This document shows, one piece after another, positions 48,837 through 58,958 of a stretch of 64,000 nt of DNA. Source of the stretch: Anaeromyxobacteraceae bacterium. GTDB lineage: Bacteria > Myxococcota > Myxococcia > Myxococcales > Anaeromyxobacteraceae. Both the position numbers and the translations under genes were made by a program. Where the stretch lies: contig JASGHJ010000002.1 of assembly GCA_047602405.1 (NCBI GenBank), forward strand, positions 1,728,001 to 1,792,000, given 5' to 3'. Within the stretch, counting starts at the first letter, position 1. Each line of letters begins with the position of its first letter. The notes under the pieces were generated by a model, which was given only the letters and a program-made list of their open reading frames with translations, was not told where the DNA came from and did not search any database.

Positions 48837-48880
48837 CCCTCGTCGGCGCGCAGCGCGGCGGCTACGCTCGGGTGGAGCGG
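48836..48880 (+). repeat. Palindromic repeat family, degenerate copy overlapping the aminopeptidase stop
   Basis: CCCTCG...GCGC-A-GCGC...GGCTACGCTCGGGTGGAGCGG. Confidence 0.55.
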
Positions 48881-50664
48881 CCCTGCTCCGGGTACTTCTG
48901 GATCACGCCCTCCGCCACCCGGCGCGTGAGCGCGTGGTAGGTCGGCGCCACCTTCTCGAAGAGCTCGCGGGCGACCCCCCGGCCCGCCTCGGACTTCCCG
49001 AGCGCCTGGTAGAGCGGGCGGACGTACTTCATCCGGCCCACCCGCGACAGCACCTCGCGGATGCGAGGGAACACGCCCGGGTAGCCCGCGGCCGCCGCGA
49101 GGCAGAGCCACGCGACGAGGATCTCGTGGTTGCCGCGGTCGGTGAGCCGGAGGTTCGCGTCGAGCCAGGCGCACTCCTCGTGCGTGAGGTCCTGCGGCAG
49201 CTTCTGCAGGTAGACGAGGAGCTCCGTCGGGTGCCAGCCCGCCACCTCGGCCGGGACCGGACGCTGCCCGGCCTTCCAGCCGGCGGCGAGCGCGGTGAGG
49301 GCCTCGAGCCGCGGCGAGACGAAGCGCGGCGCGTCGGCCGGCGTGCCGGGGGCGTCGAGCCAGGCGCCGGCGTTCACCTTCGCGAGCGCCCCGGGCAGCT
49401 CCTGCTCGACGAAGGCGCAGAAGGCCTCCGTCGTGATGCTCTGGAACCGGAACTGCTTCAGGTAGGCGCGGATGAAGCCGTCGAAGCGGGCCTCGCCCAC
49501 CGCGCGCTCGATCGCGACGAGGAACCGCGCGCCCTTCTCGTAGGGGATGCTCGAGAAGGCGTCGTCCGGATCGATGCCCGCGAGGTGGGTGCGGAGCTTC
49601 GTGAGGTCCGGCTGGTCGTGGAAGCGCGCGAGGGACTCGTCGAGATCCCGCTGGCCCACCGCCCAGGCGATGGAGGCCGCCTCCTCGCCGCGGATCGCCC
49701 GGAGGATCCGGCGCTCGGCGAAGACGGTCCAGCCCTCGTTCAGCCAGAAGTGCTCGGCGGTCGCGTTCGTGACGAGGTTGCCGGTCCAGCTGTGGGCGAG
49801 CTCGTGGGCCACCACGTCGACGAGGCTGCGGTCGCCCGCGAGCAGGGTCGGCGTGAGGAACGTCATGCGGGGGTTCTCCATGCCGCCGTACGGGAACGAC
49901 GGCGGGAGCACCAGCATGTCGTAGCGGTCCCAGTCGTACGGGCCGAAGAGCGCCTCCGCCTTCTGGATGAACGTCTCGGTGTCGGCGAACTCCCAGGCGG
50001 CCTTCTCGACGGTGGCCGGCTCCGCCCAGACCCGGGCGCGGGGCGAAAGGTCGCGCCCCTCGAGCTCGCCGACCGCGAGCGCGAGCAGGTAGCTCGGGAT
50101 CGCCTGCGGCATCCGGAAGCGGAAGGTGCGCCAGCCGGGCCCGTGCACGCCCTCACCCGCCGGCCCCGCGCTCATGACCGCCGTGAGCGCCGCGGGGACG
50201 GTGATCTCGGCGTCGTAGGTGACGCGGGCGACCGCGCAGTCCTGGCAGGGCACGAGCGTGCGGGCGTGGATCGCCTGGCACTGGCTGAAGAGGAACGGGT
50301 GGGTCTTCCCCTCGGTCTGCTCCGGGGAGAGCCACTGGAGCCCGAGCGCGTCGGGGCTCGTCTCGTAGCGCACCACCACGCCGAGCGTGCCCGGCGGCAG
50401 CGTGAGCCGGAGCCGCCGGCCGAGGATCGGCTCCTCGGCGCCGAGCTCGTGCGGGATCGGCGTGGTGCCGTCGAGCCCGGTGACCGCCCGGACGGAGAGC
50501 CCCTTCGTGTCGAGGTCGAGGACCCCGCCGGCGGGCGCCGTGAAGCGGAGCTCGGCCGTGCCGGAGAGGACCCGGTGCGCGAAGTCGACCCGCAGCTTCA
50601 GGTTCCAGTGGCGGCTGCGGGGCTGGGCGTCGTCGAAGTACGAGTGCGGGTCGATGCGGGCCAT
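48862..50664 (-). CDS. M1 aminopeptidase, leukotriene A4 hydrolase-like
   Basis: GGMENP, HELAH-x18-E (WLNEG), PYEKG, GRMKYVRPLY. Confidence 0.94.
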   Translation of the reverse strand: MARIDPHSYFDDAQPRSRHWNLKLRVDFAHRVLSGTAELRFTAPAGGVLDLDTKGLSVRAVTGLDGTTPIPHELGAEEPILGRRLRLTLPPGTLGVVVRYETSPDALGLQWLSPEQTEGKTHPFLFSQCQAIHARTLVPCQDCAVARVTYDAEITVPAALTAVMSAGPAGEGVHGPGWRTFRFRMPQAIPSYLLALAVGELEGRDLSPRARVWAEPATVEKAAWEFADTETFIQKAEALFGPYDWDRYDMLVLPPSFPYGGMENPRMTFLTPTLLAGDRSLVDVVAHELAHSWTGNLVTNATAEHFWLNEGWTVFAERRILRAIRGEEAASIAWAVGQRDLDESLARFHDQPDLTKLRTHLAGIDPDDAFSSIPYEKGARFLVAIERAVGEARFDGFIRAYLKQFRFQSITTEAFCAFVEQELPGALAKVNAGAWLDAPGTPADAPRFVSPRLEALTALAAGWKAGQRPVPAEVAGWHPTELLVYLQKLPQDLTHEECAWLDANLRLTDRGNHEILVAWLCLAAAAGYPGVFPRIREVLSRVGRMKYVRPLYQALGKSEAGRGVARELFEKVAPTYHALTRRVAEGVIQKYPEQGRSTRA

Positions 50665-50748
50665 CGAGGCTCCCTTTCCGGTCCTGGAGTGCGCGGCATC
50701 TTGCCGTCAGACCGGGCGGAAGGGAAGGTCCGCGCGCCGCCGCCCCGG

Positions 50749-51489
50749 CTACTCCTCGCGCAGGAGCGCCCCCTCGGGCAGCGCGGCCCGGAGCGCCGCC
50801 ATCACCGCGCGCACCCGCGCCGGATCCTCGCCCTCGACGGTGAGCTTCACCCGGTACTCGGCGTCGTCCTCGAAGCGCGGGTAGCTGCCGATGTCCACGT
50901 CGGGGTGCTCGTCGGCGATGCGGGCCATCGCGTCGGCGATGGGGTCCTCCCCGATCGAGAGGAAGAGCTGCCCGAGGTGGAGCGGCACGCCGCCGAGGAG
51001 GTGCGCCACCTTCTCGAACTGCCAGCGGAAGAAGCGCGGCACGCCGGCGAGCATGAAGACGTTCTCGAGCCGCATCGTCGAGAAGTCGGCGTCGCCCTCG
51101 AGCACGGTGCCGACCGGCACGTCGGCCATCCGGAGCGAGGCCTCGTGCGGCTCCCGCCCGTACCGGCGCAGGTGGTGCCCGCGGATGACCTCGACGATGC
51201 GCGCGCTGCGCTCGAGCGGGCGGCCGAAGGCGAGCCCCACCGCCCGGATGGTCACGTCGTCGTGCGTCGGGCCGATGCCGCCCGAGGTGAAGACCCACGT
51301 CGACCGGCGCGCCTCGCGCGCCACGGCCTCGACGACGTCGTCCACCCGGTCCGCCACCGTGGCGATCGCGCGGAGCCGCACCCCGAGCTCGCGCAGCCGG
51401 CGGGCCGCCCAGGGGCCGTTCTCGTCCACGGTCTTCGCCGAGAGGACCTCGTTCCCGACGACGACGAGCGCGGCGGTCGGCGCGGCCAC
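50749..51489 (-). CDS. CinA/MoeA-like molybdopterin-binding domain protein
   Basis: GNEVLS.K..D.N, SGGIGPTHDDVT, LAGVP, IGSYP. Confidence 0.88.
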   Translation of the reverse strand: MAAPTAALVVVGNEVLSAKTVDENGPWAARRLRELGVRLRAIATVADRVDDVVEAVAREARRSTWVFTSGGIGPTHDDVTIRAVGLAFGRPLERSARIVEVIRGHHLRRYGREPHEASLRMADVPVGTVLEGDADFSTMRLENVFMLAGVPRFFRWQFEKVAHLLGGVPLHLGQLFLSIGEDPIADAMARIADEHPDVDIGSYPRFEDDAEYRVKLTVEGEDPARVRAVMAALRAALPEGALLREE

Positions 51490-51491
51490 GG

Positions 51492-52127
51492 TCAGCTCCT
51501 GCGGTCGAGCTCGAGCACCGCGCGGTGGACGGCGCGGGCGACCTCCTCGACCGGCCGCTCGCCGTCGAGGACCACCACGTGCTGGCCGGACGCCTGGATG
51601 CGCTCGAGCGCTCGCGCGTAGCTCTTCGCGACCTTCCGCTGGAAGGCCGAGACCTCGTACAGCTCCGGCGCGTCGGACGCGGCCTTGCGGCGCGCGAAGG
51701 CGACGGCGGGGCGCACCTCGAGGAAGATCGTGACGTCCGGCAGCGCGGCGCGCGCGTTCACGACCTCCACCCAGCCCATGTCGTCCGTCGTGACGCCCTG
51801 GTAGGCGAGCGACGAGAGCGTGAACCGGTCGGAGACGACGTCCACGCCCTTCAGGACCCGCGGCGCGATCTCGGCGCTCACGTGGTCGAGGCGGTCCGCC
51901 GCGAACAGGAGCGCCATCGCCGCCGGATCGACGCCGCCGCCGGGGCCCGCCACGCGGTGGGTGAGCACCTGGCGCACGAGCGCGCCGACCGGCCCGCCGG
52001 ACGGCTCGGCCGTGACGTGGACCCGCCGGCCGTCGGCGCGGAGCCGCTCGCCGAGCAGGCGCGACTGCGTGGTGGTCCCCGCCCCGTCCAGCCCCTCGAG
52101 GACGACGAAGCGGCCCCGGCGCCTCAC
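51492..52127 (-). CDS. tmk: Thymidylate kinase
   Basis: FVVLEGLDGAGTTTQ, EP, LLFAADR, SDRF..SSLAYQ. Confidence 0.92.
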   Translation of the reverse strand: MRRRGRFVVLEGLDGAGTTTQSRLLGERLRADGRRVHVTAEPSGGPVGALVRQVLTHRVAGPGGGVDPAAMALLFAADRLDHVSAEIAPRVLKGVDVVSDRFTLSSLAYQGVTTDDMGWVEVVNARAALPDVTIFLEVRPAVAFARRKAASDAPELYEVSAFQRKVAKSYARALERIQASGQHVVVLDGERPVEEVARAVHRAVLELDRRS

Positions 52128-52504
52128 GCGTCGTACCCCAGCGCGGCCCGGACCTCCCGGAAGCGGGCGAAGAGCGCGTCCTCCTCCTCGAGGAGGCGCT
52201 TCGCCCGGCGGTAGTACCGGATCGCGTAGAGGAGCACGCCGATGGTGACGAGGGCGGCGAGCCAGATGTGGAGCGGCGGGCCGACCTGCTTCTCGGGCCT
52301 CACCTCGCCGGGCTTCCAGATGCCCCAGCGATCCCAGGACAGCTTGCCGGTGAGGCCGACGCCGAGCAGCCCCACGAAGAGCGCGACCGAGCCGCGCCGC
52401 ACCTCGAGGATCGAGGTGCGGGCCTCCAGGCGCGCGGCGAGCGCGGCGTGCTCCGCCTCGAGGGCGGCCCGGTCGGCGGCGGGGGCTGTTGCGGTCTCTG
52501 CCAT
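52124..52504 (-). CDS. Small two-TM membrane protein
   Basis: MAETATAP... with two hydrophobic helices; stop overlaps the tmk start. Confidence 0.7.
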   Translation of the reverse strand: MAETATAPAADRAALEAEHAALAARLEARTSILEVRRGSVALFVGLLGVGLTGKLSWDRWGIWKPGEVRPEKQVGPPLHIWLAALVTIGVLLYAIRYYRRAKRLLEEEDALFARFREVRAALGYDA

Positions 52505-52515
52505 GGCCGGGCGTT

Positions 52516-53874
52516 CTACGACCTTCCGAAGCGGGCGGCAATCGCGTCCTCCACCGCCCCCAGGGTGGCGCCCACGCGGACGCCCGGGTTCCGGTGCCGG
52601 GAGCCGATCCCGGGCAGCGTGCCGTCGTGGTAGCCGACCTTGAAGTCGGCGAACTTGAGCCCGTGGGCGGTCGAGAGCACCACCACCCGCTCGTCCGGCC
52701 GGACGACGCCCCGGGAGGCGAGCTTCTCGAGCGCGGCGAGCGCGACGGCGGTGTGCGGGCAGGTGAAGAGCCCCGCCCGATCGGCCCGGGCGGCGGCGTC
52801 GGCGAGCTCCTGCTCGCTCGCCTGCTCCACCACCCCGTCGAGCGCCTCGAGGGCCCGCAGCGCCCGGCGGGCCGAGACCGGCGCGCCGATCTGGATGGCC
52901 GAGGCGAGCGTGGACCGCGCCGGCACGGCCTTCACCTCGAGCTCGGACACCCGGCGCGCGCCCCGGCCCTCGTACGCGAGGAAGAGCGGGTTCGCCGCCT
53001 GGGCCTGCGCCACGAGGAGCCGCGGCAGCCGCGCCACGAGCCCGAGGTCGCGGAGCATGAGGAAGCCCTTCGCCACCGCGCTCGCGTTGCCGAGGTTGCC
53101 GCCCGGGATCACCACCCAGTCCGGGCTCTCCCAGCCGAGCTGCTGCGCGACCTCGAGCGAGGCGGTCTTCTGCCCCTCGATGCGCAGGGAGTTCATCGAG
53201 TTCGCGAGGTAGACGTCGCCGGAGGCGGCGAGCTCCTTCACGACGTTCATGCAGCCGTCGAAGTCGGTGTCGAGCTCGAGGACGAGCGCGCCGTTCGCGA
53301 TGGGCTGCACGAGCTGGGCGGTCGAGATCTTCCCGCGCGGGAGCAGCACCACGCAGGGGATGTCGGCGGCGGCGCAGTAGGAGGCGAGCGCCGCCGAGGT
53401 GTCGCCGGTCGAGGCGCAGGCCACGGCGCGGAGGCGGGTGCCCTGCGCGCGCATCCCCTTCACGGCCGACACGAGCACCGTCATGCCGAGGTCCTTGAAG
53501 GACCCGGTGTGGGAGACGCCGCACTCCTTCACGAGCACCTTCGAGAGGCCGAGCTCCCGGGCGTAGCGATCGACGGAGAGGAGCGGCGTCGCGCCCTCGG
53601 CCATCGAGACGACGTGCGCCTCGTCGAGGCCGGGGTGCACCCACTCCTTCTTGCCCCACACGCCCGAGGCGAGGACGCCCGGGCCGGCCCGGTAGCGGGC
53701 CTCGAAGAGCGCCTTCCACTCCGCCGCGGACCGGCCGCGGAGCGCCTCCAGGTCGTGCGCCACCTCGAGGAGCCCGTCGCAGCGCGGGCAGCGGTAGACG
53801 ACCTCGTCGAGCCCGGCCCTGAAGTCGCAGCCCTCGGCGCAGCGGAACCAGGCCGTGTACGGGGCCGCGCTCAT
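52516..53874 (-). CDS. thrC: Threonine synthase
   Basis: HTGSFKDLGM, CASTGDTSAAL, NSMNSLRIEGQKT, PGGNLGN. Confidence 0.94.
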   Translation of the reverse strand: MSAAPYTAWFRCAEGCDFRAGLDEVVYRCPRCDGLLEVAHDLEALRGRSAAEWKALFEARYRAGPGVLASGVWGKKEWVHPGLDEAHVVSMAEGATPLLSVDRYARELGLSKVLVKECGVSHTGSFKDLGMTVLVSAVKGMRAQGTRLRAVACASTGDTSAALASYCAAADIPCVVLLPRGKISTAQLVQPIANGALVLELDTDFDGCMNVVKELAASGDVYLANSMNSLRIEGQKTASLEVAQQLGWESPDWVVIPGGNLGNASAVAKGFLMLRDLGLVARLPRLLVAQAQAANPLFLAYEGRGARRVSELEVKAVPARSTLASAIQIGAPVSARRALRALEALDGVVEQASEQELADAAARADRAGLFTCPHTAVALAALEKLASRGVVRPDERVVVLSTAHGLKFADFKVGYHDGTLPGIGSRHRNPGVRVGATLGAVEDAIAARFGRS

Positions 53875-55074
53875 CCGCGCCCCGGCCCCTTCTTCAGGAA
53901 CGCCGCGATGCGCTCGGCGGCGAGCACGATCCGCGGCTCGTCCACGAGCAGCGCGAGCCGCACGTGCCCGTCGCCGGCCTGGCCGAAGCCGATCCCCGGG
54001 GCCACGCAGACGCCGGCCTCGTCGATGAGCCGCTTCGCGAACTCGAGCGAGCCGAGGTGCCGGAACGCGTCCGGGATCGGCGCCCACGCGAACATCGAGG
54101 CCGCCGGCGGCGGCACCGCCCACCCGGCCGCGCCGAAGTGCCGGACGAGCGCGTCCCGGCGGCGGCGGTACTTCTCGCGGATCGCGGCGACGTCGTCGTC
54201 GCACTCGTCGAGCGCGGTCACCGCCGCCAGCTGGATCGCGCCGAAGAGCCCGTAGTCGAGGTCAGCTCTTCACCCGGGCGGCCGCGGCGACGAGCGCCGG
54301 CGCGCCGGCGGCGAAGCCGACCCGCCAGCCGGGCATGTTGTAGCTCTTCGAGAGCGACATGAACTCGAGGGTCCGCTCGCGCGCGCCCGGGATGGCCAGC
54401 ATCGCCGGCGCCCGGCCCTCGAACACGAGGTCCGAGTAGGCGAGGTCGGAGACGATGAAGAGGTCCCGCGCCTCGGCGAAGCGGACGATCTTCTCGAAGA
54501 GCTCCGGGGTGGCGACCGCGGCGGTGGGGTTGCCGGGGAAGTTCACGACGAGGCCGCGCGGGCGCCGCTCGGACTTCTCGGTCGCCTCGACGAGCGACTC
54601 GAAGAAGTCGACGCCGGCGCCGACCTTCACCGGGATGGTCTCCGCGTCGCCGATGACGGCGGCGTAGGCGTGGATCGGGTACGTCGGCGACGGCGCCAGG
54701 ATGGCCTCGCCCTCGCCGAGCAGCGCGATGATGGCGTGCCCGATGCCCTCCTTCGAGCCGATGGTGGCGAGGACCTCGCGGTCCGGATCGAGCTCGACGC
54801 CGTACCGCCGCCTCCACCAGCGGGCGGCGGCCTGGCGCAGCTCCGGCAGGCCGCGGGGGTTGAGGTAGCGGTGGAGCCGGGGCTCCGCGGCGGCGGTCCG
54901 GAGCCGCTCGACCACGCGGGCGGGCGTCGCGCCGTCGGGGTTGCCCATCGAGAAGTCCACGACGTCGACGCCGCGCGCGATGGCCTCGTCGCGCAGCTTG
55001 TCGGTGATCGTGAAGACGTAGAGGGGCAGCCGCTTGACGCGCGCGAACACCTCGGGCTCGTTGAAGGTCTTCAT
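53871..55074 (-). CDS. Class I/II PLP aminotransferase, AlaC-like (insertion near 54263)
   Basis: MGNPD, GSKEG, P.NPT, DLAY, SLSKSYNMPGWRVG; SYLDYG restored after correction. Confidence 0.9.
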
Positions 55075-55148
55075 GAGGGTCGAGCAGGATGCCGCCACCG
55101 GCCCTGCTTTTCAAGCTTCGCGCACTCCTCCCGGGCCATGCCAGGAGG

Positions 55149-55688
55149 TCACACCGCCCGGGCGCCGCAGGCCGGGCAGACCGGGCCGCGGATCGGGTTG
55201 CCGCAACCGCAGAGGCGGGCCGCGTCGGGATCGATCGCGCCCGGCGCGGGCGCCGAAGCCGCGACCGGAAGTCGCATGCCGCAGTGGGCGCAGAGGCGCT
55301 CGCCCGGGTGCGCCGGATTCCGGCAGTAGCGGCACGTGATCGCGACGGGGAACGGGGTCGGGGCGTCGCCCGGGATCGCCTCGGAGGTCGGCTCGAGGTC
55401 CGGCACGCCGTCCCCGGGCACGTCCGGGATCGGCGCCGCGAGCGTGGGCTCGAGGTCCGGCACCCGCTCCGCGATCTCGAGCGCCGCCTGGTGATGGGTC
55501 GGCTCGAGCTCCGGGAGGACGCCGACGGTCACGGCGACCGCCTCGAAGCGCGTCGCCTCGAGCCCCTCGGCAGGCGCCACCGGCACCGGCACCGCCACGT
55601 CCGCCGGGAACGGGCGACCGCAGACGTCGCACGCGTCGCCCGCGGGCTGCTGGTTCTCGCAGAGGGGGCAGACGATCATCGGGGCCAC
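55149..55688 (-). CDS. Zinc-ribbon protein with acidic repeated linker
   Basis: Several CxxC pairs at both ends; repeated P(D/E)LEPT. Confidence 0.7.
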   Translation of the reverse strand: MAPMIVCPLCENQQPAGDACDVCGRPFPADVAVPVPVAPAEGLEATRFEAVAVTVGVLPELEPTHHQAALEIAERVPDLEPTLAAPIPDVPGDGVPDLEPTSEAIPGDAPTPFPVAITCRYCRNPAHPGERLCAHCGMRLPVAASAPAPGAIDPDAARLCGCGNPIRGPVCPACGARAV

Positions 55689-55710
55689 TCTACCGCTTCC
55701 GCGCGCGCTG

Positions 55711-56322
55711 CTACAGAAGGGGCACGAACCGGACGGCCAGGAGGTCGGTGGAGGTGAGCGTCCCGTCGGCGGCGCGGTCCACCCGCCGGAGCACCTGCGA
55801 GCCCTCGTCCGGGCCGACGGGGAGGAGCATCCGGCCCCCCGGCGCGAGCTGGGCCTCGAGGGCCGCGGGCACCGCGGTGGCCGCGGCGGTGACGAGGATG
55901 CGGTCGAAGGGCGCCGCCTCCGGCCAGCCGCGTGCGCCGTCGCCCTCGGCGAGCTCGACGTTGGCGAGGTGGAGCTCCTCGAGGAGCAGCGCCCGCGCCC
56001 GCTCCGCGAGCGGCCCGAGCCGTTCCACCGACCAGACGCGCGCGGCGAGGCGCGCGAGCACCGCGGTCTGGTAGCCGGACCCCGTGCCCACCTCGAGCAC
56101 CCGCTCCAGCCCCGTGAGGCCGAGCTGCTCGGTCATGTACGCGACGACGAACGGCTGGGAGATGGTCTGGCCGAGGCCGATGGGGAGCGGCCGGTCGAGG
56201 TCGGCTTCGCCGCGCAGCCGGCCGGGCACGAACCGCTCGCGCGGGACCTCGGCCATGGCCCGGAGGACCGCGGGGTCGCGGATCCCCTTCGCCCCCAGCT
56301 CCCGTGCGAGCGCCTCGCTCAC
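55711..56322 (-). CDS. pcm: Protein-L-isoaspartate O-methyltransferase
   Basis: GQTISQP, VLEVGTGSGYQ, APFDRILVTAA, VRFVPL. Confidence 0.94.
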   Translation of the reverse strand: MSEALARELGAKGIRDPAVLRAMAEVPRERFVPGRLRGEADLDRPLPIGLGQTISQPFVVAYMTEQLGLTGLERVLEVGTGSGYQTAVLARLAARVWSVERLGPLAERARALLLEELHLANVELAEGDGARGWPEAAPFDRILVTAAATAVPAALEAQLAPGGRMLLPVGPDEGSQVLRRVDRAADGTLTSTDLLAVRFVPLL

Positions 56323-56331
56323 GCCGGGATC

Positions 56332-58958
56332 TTACCCGACCTGCGCGAGCGAGAGCCGCTCCTTCCAGCGGGTCTCCACCGCCTCCCGTGCGGCGCGATG
56401 CCCGGGGGCCTCGAGCCGCGGGTCGGCCTCCAGGAGCCCGAACGCGTCCTCGCGCGCCTCCTCCAGGATCGCCTCGTCGCGGTACAGGTCGGCGACGTCG
56501 AGGATGGGCTGGCCGGACTGCCGCGTGCCGAGGAGCTCGCCGTGGCCGCGGATCTGGAGGTCCACCCGGGCGATCTCGAAGCCGTCCTGGGTGCGCTCCA
56601 TGGCCTTCAGGCGCTCGCGCGCCTCCTGCCCCGCCTTCTTCGCCACGAGCAGGCAGAAGCTCTTCGCGGCGCCGCGCCCCACCCGGCCGCGCAGCTGGTG
56701 CAGCTGCGAGAGCCCGAAGCGCTCGGCGTGCTCCACGATCATCACGCTCGCGTTCGGCACGTCGACGCCGACCTCGATGACCGTCGTCGCGACGAGGAGC
56801 CTCGTCTGGCCCGCCCGGAAGCGGTCCATCACCGCCTGCTTCTCGTCGGCCTTCATGCGCCCGTGGAGGAGCCCCACCTCGACGCCCGGGAACGCCCGGC
56901 GGAGTGCCTCGGCGCCGCTGGTCGCGTCGGCGAGGTCGCTCTTCTCCGACTCCTCGACGAGCGGGTAGACGACGTAGACCTGCCGGCCGGCGGCGAGCTC
57001 CTTCCTCGCGACCTCGAGCGCCATCCGCCGCTGGCCGTCCGGGAAGAGCCGCGTCTCGACCGGCGTGCGCCCCGGGGGCAGCTCGTCGATCTTGGACTGG
57101 TCGAGGTCGCCGTAGAACGCGAGCGCGAGCGTGCGGGGGATGGGGGTCGCGGTCATCACGAGGACGTCGGGCCGCTTCCCCTTCGAGATGAGCCGCGCGC
57201 GCTGCAGCACGCCGAAGCGGTGCTGCTCGTCGACGACCACGATGCCGAGCTTCTCGAAGCCGACGACGTCCTCGAGGAGCGCGTGGGTGCCGACCGCGAT
57301 GCGGGCGCGCCCGTCGGCGACCGCGGCCCGGGCCTCCTTCTGGCCCTTGCCGCGGGCGGAGGCCCCGACGAGCGCGATCTGCACGCCGGTGCCCTCGAGC
57401 CAGCGGGCGAGCGTCCGGGCGTGCTGCTCGGCCAGGATCTCGGTGGGCACCATGAGCGCCGCCTGCCAGCCGGACCGAACCGCGAGCATCATCGCGGCGA
57501 AGGCGACCGCGGTCTTGCCGCTGCCGACGTCGCCCTGGAGCAGCCGGTTCATGGGCTCCCGCCGGCCCATGTCCTTCGCGATCTCCCCGAGGACGCGGCG
57601 CTGGGCGCGGGTGAGCTCGAACGGCAGGCGCGCGGTGGCGCGCCCGAGCGCCTCCGGGCCGGCCTCGAAGGCGATCCCGGCCTCCGCGCGGACGCCCTGG
57701 CGGCGCAGCCCGAGCGCGAGCTGCAGGAAGAAGACTCCTCGTAGGCGAGCCGCCGGAAACCCGGCGTCGCCCGGGCGGCGGCGGCGAGGGGGTCCGTGCC
57801 GGGCGACGGGAAGTGGGCCTCCTTCACGGCGAGCCCGCGGCCCGGCAGGCCGCGCTTCGCGCGGAGCTCGGGCGGGAGGTCGTCCACGAGCGCGGGCGCG
57901 AACTCGTCGACGAGCCGCTTCATCATCCGCCGCAGCGCGGGGTGCTGGTAGTCGGCGGGCCCGGGGTAGATGGGCACGATGCGGCCGAAGCTCGCCGAGT
58001 CGCCGGCCTGGACCTTCTCGATCTCCGGCTGGGACATCTGCTTCCTGCCGCCGAAGCCCTCGGTGACCTTGCCCCACGCGAGGAGCACGTCGCCGGCCGC
58101 GAACTGCTTCAGCCGCCAGGTGGGCGGGTTGAAGAAGACGAGCTTCAGCGCGCCGGAGGCGTCGGTCGCGGTGACCTCGAGGAGCGGGCGCCCGTTCCGC
58201 ATGCGCTGCGTGCGGGAGCCCCGCACGGTGAGGTGGACGATGCCCTCGTCGCCCGGCTTCAGGTCGGCGACCCGGCGCACGTGCGTGCGGTCCTGGTAGG
58301 CGCGCGGCCAGAACTCGAGCGCGTCGGCCACCGTGCGTCGCCCGCGGTCCTCGAGGTTCCCGCGGGTGGCCTGGTGGAACCTCAGCGTGTCGAGCGTGAC
58401 CGAGAGGGCGCGGCGGCGGGCGGCGCGCTCCTTCGGGTCCGCGGGGTCCGGGAGGGGGCTGAAGGGGGCGTCGGGCCTGGCGGGCAGCTCCGGCTCCGGG
58501 GTGGGCTTCGACTCCGGGGCGGGCTTCGACTCCGGCCCGACCCCGCTGCGCGGGTCGGGCCTACGCTCAGCCTGAGCGGTGGAGGAAGGGAACGAGCCGG
58601 GAACGGGCTCCTTCGCCTCGATCCGGCCCGCCCTCGCCACCGCCTGGACCTCCGGTGGGACCGGGATGAGCGCGGCGAGTGCGCCGGCGATCGTGGCGAG
58701 GGAGCGCCTCTGACCGTCGAGGGGCAAGGCCTCGAACCCCTCGGCCTCCGCCGCGAGCCGGCGCAGGGCCGCGGAGTCGGGCGCCCCGGCGGCGCGCGCG
58801 CGGACGACCGCGTCGCCGAGCAGCTTCCCGAAGCCCTTCAGGCGCGCCAGCCCGGCGAAGTTGTCCTTCACCGCGAAGCGCAGCGGGCGGACCACGCCCT
58901 CGAGCACCGCGGCGGCGGCCGCCGCGGGCGAGGCGCTGGGCGGGGTGGGTGGCGGCAT
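56332..58958 (-). CDS. recG: ATP-dependent DNA helicase RecG (one base missing near 57733; ATG contributed by the intron 3' end)
   Basis: Wedge domain, RLLQGDVGSGKT, DEQHRFG, TATPIPR, QLRGRVGR. Confidence 0.94.
58521..58580 (+). repeat. Palindromic repeat family copy inside the recG coding sequence
   Basis: GCTTCGACTCC-GGCCCGACCCCGC-TGC-GCGGGTCGGGCC-TACGCTCAGCCTGAGCGG. Confidence 0.78.
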
